A DNA stretch of 64,000 nucleotides, from assembly GCA_963821525.1 (NCBI GenBank), contig CAWGED010000005.1, positions 256,001-320,000 on the forward strand, in the 5' to 3' direction. The position numbers were made by a program, and so were the translations under genes. This document shows positions 61,395-64,000 of the stretch, one piece after another; the stretch's first letter is position 1, and each line of letters starts with the position of its first letter. The notes below the pieces were generated by a model that saw only the letters and a program-made list of their open reading frames with translations, was not told where the DNA came from and ran no database searches. Source of the stretch: an uncultured Gemmatimonadales bacterium. Lineage in GTDB: Bacteria > Gemmatimonadota > Gemmatimonadetes > Gemmatimonadales > GWC2-71-9.

Positions 61395-62597
61395 ATGCCC
61401 GACGCACTGTCGCAGAATCTCGCCTATATCAGGCCCTCCGAGACCGTCGCTATCAGCGCTGAGACCAAACGTCGCCGAGCTTCAGGCGAGGATGTATTGG
61501 ATCTGAGTGTGGGGGAGCCCGACTTTGATACACCGAGCATTGCCGCACAGGCGGGCATCCAGGCAATCCAGAAGGGTCTCACCCGGTATCCCCCGAACAT
61601 CGGCATTATCGAGCTCCGTGCGGCCATGGCCCGCACTCTCTCGCTGATGTCGGGTGGCCGGCCGGTGAATCCAGACCATATCGTCGTCAGCTCCGGATCC
61701 AAGCAGGCGATCTTCAACGCCTGTTTTTCGCTGTTCGGTCCCAAGGACAAGGTGCTCATCCCGTCTCCGGCTTGGGTTTCGTATCCCCAGATCGTGCATC
61801 TGTGCCGGGCCGAGCCCATCGCGGTCCCGGGCGATCCCGAGTGGGGTCTCAAGGTCAGCGTTCAGGATCTGGAGAAGAACACCGACAAGCTGGTGCGAGG
61901 TCTCATCCTCTGCTCACCCTGCAATCCCACCGGCGCCGTCTACACCGCGGCCGAAGTGAAGGCCATTGCCACCTGGGCCAAGGAGCACGGGGTCTGGATC
62001 ATCGCGGACGAGATTTACCGGCGGATCAGCTACGGGAACGGCCCTGCGGCCTCGTTCCTCGATCTTCCCGACGAGTATCTCGAGCGCGTCGTAGTCATCT
62101 ACGGGGCCAGCAAGGCCTACGCGATGACCGGTTGGCGGATCGGAGCGGCGCTCGCACCGATGCATCTGGCCAAGGCCATGGCGGCGGTTCAGTCTCACAC
62201 GACGACCGGTGCCAACCAACCGGCGCAGTGGGCGGCGGCGGCAGCGTTCAGCGACGAGCGGGTCGAGCAGGACGTTCAGCGGATGGTGGTCGCCTTCCGG
62301 AACCGGCGGGATCGGGTGGTCGAGAGGTTCCGCAGCTCGGCGCCCGGCGTCGAATTCGTGGAGCCGCACGGCGCCTTCTACTTCTTCTTCCGGGTGGACG
62401 GCATTACCAAGGGACTCACCGGGACCAGCTTCTGCGACCAGGCCATGGCCGCGGGAGTCGCGATGGTACCGGGAGCAGCGTTCGGGGATGATCGCTGGGT
62501 CCGGATGAGTTACGCCGTTTCCGATCAGGATCTCGAGAAGGCTCTCGACCGGATTCTGGATCTGGTCGGCCGACTTGCCGCGTCCCAGGCCGCCTAG
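61395..62597 (+). CDS. aspC: PLP-dependent aminotransferase class I/II (aspartate aminotransferase type)
   Basis: LSVGEPDFDTP, SPCNPTGAVY, IADEIY, SKAYAMTGWRIG, GAFY, VPGAAFG. Confidence 0.9.
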   Translation: MPDALSQNLAYIRPSETVAISAETKRRRASGEDVLDLSVGEPDFDTPSIAAQAGIQAIQKGLTRYPPNIGIIELRAAMARTLSLMSGGRPVNPDHIVVSSGSKQAIFNACFSLFGPKDKVLIPSPAWVSYPQIVHLCRAEPIAVPGDPEWGLKVSVQDLEKNTDKLVRGLILCSPCNPTGAVYTAAEVKAIATWAKEHGVWIIADEIYRRISYGNGPAASFLDLPDEYLERVVVIYGASKAYAMTGWRIGAALAPMHLAKAMAAVQSHTTTGANQPAQWAAAAAFSDERVEQDVQRMVVAFRNRRDRVVERFRSSAPGVEFVEPHGAFYFFFRVDGITKGLTGTSFCDQAMAAGVAMVPGAAFGDDRWVRMSYAVSDQDLEKALDRILDLVGRLAASQAA

Positions 62598-62691
62598 CTA
62601 GGATGGCGACGATGACCTGGACTCGGCTCCGCCGGGTGGTGGCGCATCTCGGGGCGAGCGGAGAGCGTTAGCAGTATTGTGCCACGAAGTC

Positions 62692-63069
62692 TCAGGCCGC
62701 CTGCAGCGTAAGCGGCTGCAGGCACCGGCTGCACTTCACGGCGCGCGGTATCCGGTAGGAGGAGCCGGTCAGTCCCAATCGCTGCTCGGCACCGCAGAAG
62801 GGACAGGGCCCGGTTGCCCGGTGGAAGAGTTCTCGCGTAAGCCCGCGACGCACCCCGAAGACGAGTCCGGCCACCAGGGCGGCGGGCGGGAAGAAGAGAT
62901 GGACCAGTGGAATCGGCAGAGTGACCAGCGCCATGCCGAATCCGAGCGCCGGTCCGAGCGCTCCTCGCTTCAAGCGCTCCCCCAGTGTCAGAACCTGAAT
63001 TTCGACCTGGGCTTTGGTCGATTTCACACCGAAACCCTCGAGCGGCAACGTTTCAGTGCGAAGGTTCAC
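62692..63069 (-). CDS. Small membrane protein with C-terminal zinc ribbon
   Basis: GTG overlaps the upstream stop (GTGA); two hydrophobic segments; CPFCG...KCSRC. Confidence 0.7.
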   Translation of the reverse strand: MNLRTETLPLEGFGVKSTKAQVEIQVLTLGERLKRGALGPALGFGMALVTLPIPLVHLFFPPAALVAGLVFGVRRGLTRELFHRATGPCPFCGAEQRLGLTGSSYRIPRAVKCSRCLQPLTLQAA

Positions 63070-64000
63070 GGCTGCGGTTCCTGCGCGGGGACGGCGGCTC
63101 CCCCCGTCTGTGCCGCTTGCCGCTGGGCTCGGACGTGCTCCAGGCGATACTCGGCCTCGAGACTCTCCCGATCTCGGCCGATCGTGGCCACCGCGAGTGG
63201 AACTCCGCCCGCCATGTAGCGCTCCTCCCATCCACCCTGCGGCAATCCGTGGTGTCGCTCGATCCCGTCCCAGCGCTCTGCGTGGCCCACGTAGTTGATC
63301 TTCGTGTCGTAGTGCTGGCTCCAGAAGAAGGGCACCGCGTCGAACGGCTCCCTTGCCCCCAGGATGTTACGCGCTGCGGTTTGGCCCTGTCGCTCGGCAA
63401 CCACCCAGTGCTCGACCCTGATGTGGCCTCCGGTGTGCGGGTCCGGCCAGCGCGCGATGTCTCCCGCGGCAAACACACCGGGCAGGCTGGTCTCCAGGAA
63501 CTGATCGACTTGGACTCCCTGGTTGATCACCAGCCCGGCTCGCTCGGCGAGGGCCGTAGCGGGCCGCACTCCGACCCCGATAACGACGACGTCCGCGGGA
63601 TGAACGCTCCCGTCATCCAGGGTCACAGCCTTCTCGGCGATCGATGCAGTGGTCCGTCCCAGGTGGAAAATGACGCCCTTGTCTTCGTGGAGCTTCTGGA
63701 TGTGGCCGCCCAGCTCCGGGCCGAAGACCCGCTCCAGAGGACGGCTGTCCGGTGCCACAACCCGAACAGCGATATCCCGTGCCCGCAACGAGGCGGCGAC
63801 CTCCAACCCGATGAAGCTTGCCCCGATGACCACGGCGTTTCGCGCGGAGCCGATCGACGCAATGATGGCGCGACAGTCAGTGAGAGATCGCAGGTAATGC
63901 ACATGGGGCTGGTCGGCGCCGGGCAGATTGAGTCGCACCGGACTGGCGCCGGTCGCGAGGAGCAGCGCATCGAAGTTGAATGAGCGGCCGTTCTCGAGCG
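63066..64000 (-). CDS. FAD-dependent pyridine nucleotide oxidoreductase (ferredoxin-reductase/AIF-like), 5' part outside window
   Basis: LLATGA at window edge, VVIGASFIGLEVAA, VFAAGDIA, RVEHWVVAERQG, VPFFWSQHY. Confidence 0.9.
   Translation of the reverse strand, partial: LENGRSFNFDALLLATGASPVRLNLPGADQPHVHYLRSLTDCRAIIASIGSARNAVVIGASFIGLEVAASLRARDIAVRVVAPDSRPLERVFGPELGGHIQKLHEDKGVIFHLGRTTASIAEKAVTLDDGSVHPADVVVIGVGVRPATALAERAGLVINQGVQVDQFLETSLPGVFAAGDIARWPDPHTGGHIRVEHWVVAERQGQTAARNILGAREPFDAVPFFWSQHYDTKINYVGHAERWDGIERHHGLPQGGWEERYMAGGVPLAVATIGRDRESLEAEYRLEHVRAQRQAAQTGGAAVPAQEPQP

Noticed and set aside
2087..62491. Numerous long antisense/alternate-frame ORFs (e.g. 3457..4692, 8427..9776, 9307..10674, 27548..28825, 41345..42556, 42665..44062)
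   Set aside because: They are shadows of well-supported genes in high-GC DNA, with Arg/Pro/Gly-rich composition and no family motifs.

Overview
High-GC (~65%) bacterial chromosomal window, most likely Gemmatimonadota. This is inferred from the typical Ser/Thr kinase-TPR protein, the ADOP-type permeases and the PD40-amidohydrolase. The assembly carries many single-base indels that split even housekeeping genes (cydA, gcvP, tdk, oppA/oppD), so frameshifts are read as sequencing errors. In order, the window holds: a lipoprotein-TonB receptor-cydA unit; a MacAB-like exporter operon (adaptor, two ATPases, five tandem ~800-aa permeases) followed by a sigma54 response regulator and kinase; a ~5 kb Ig-like surface protein with four 233-aa repeats; a winged-helix regulator operon with a repeated operator; a peptidase/hydrolase cluster; csaA, ridA, csrA; oppABCDF; a lipoate ligase-like gene, gcvP, gcvH, coaE, tdk and HU; a motif-less DEAD-box-like protein; an aminotransferase; and an FAD reductase. 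No rRNA, tRNA, CRISPR array, transposase or reverse transcriptase was seen. The most unusual signal is non-coding. Many intergenic gaps carry short tandem arrays of 7-8-mers with a consistent polarity: one strand of a unit follows stop codons and its reverse complement precedes start codons. One such inverted pair encloses a lower-GC antisense four-helix-bundle (23S rRNA IVS protein/Avd-like) gene. This looks like a cargo-bearing element with many empty relatives.
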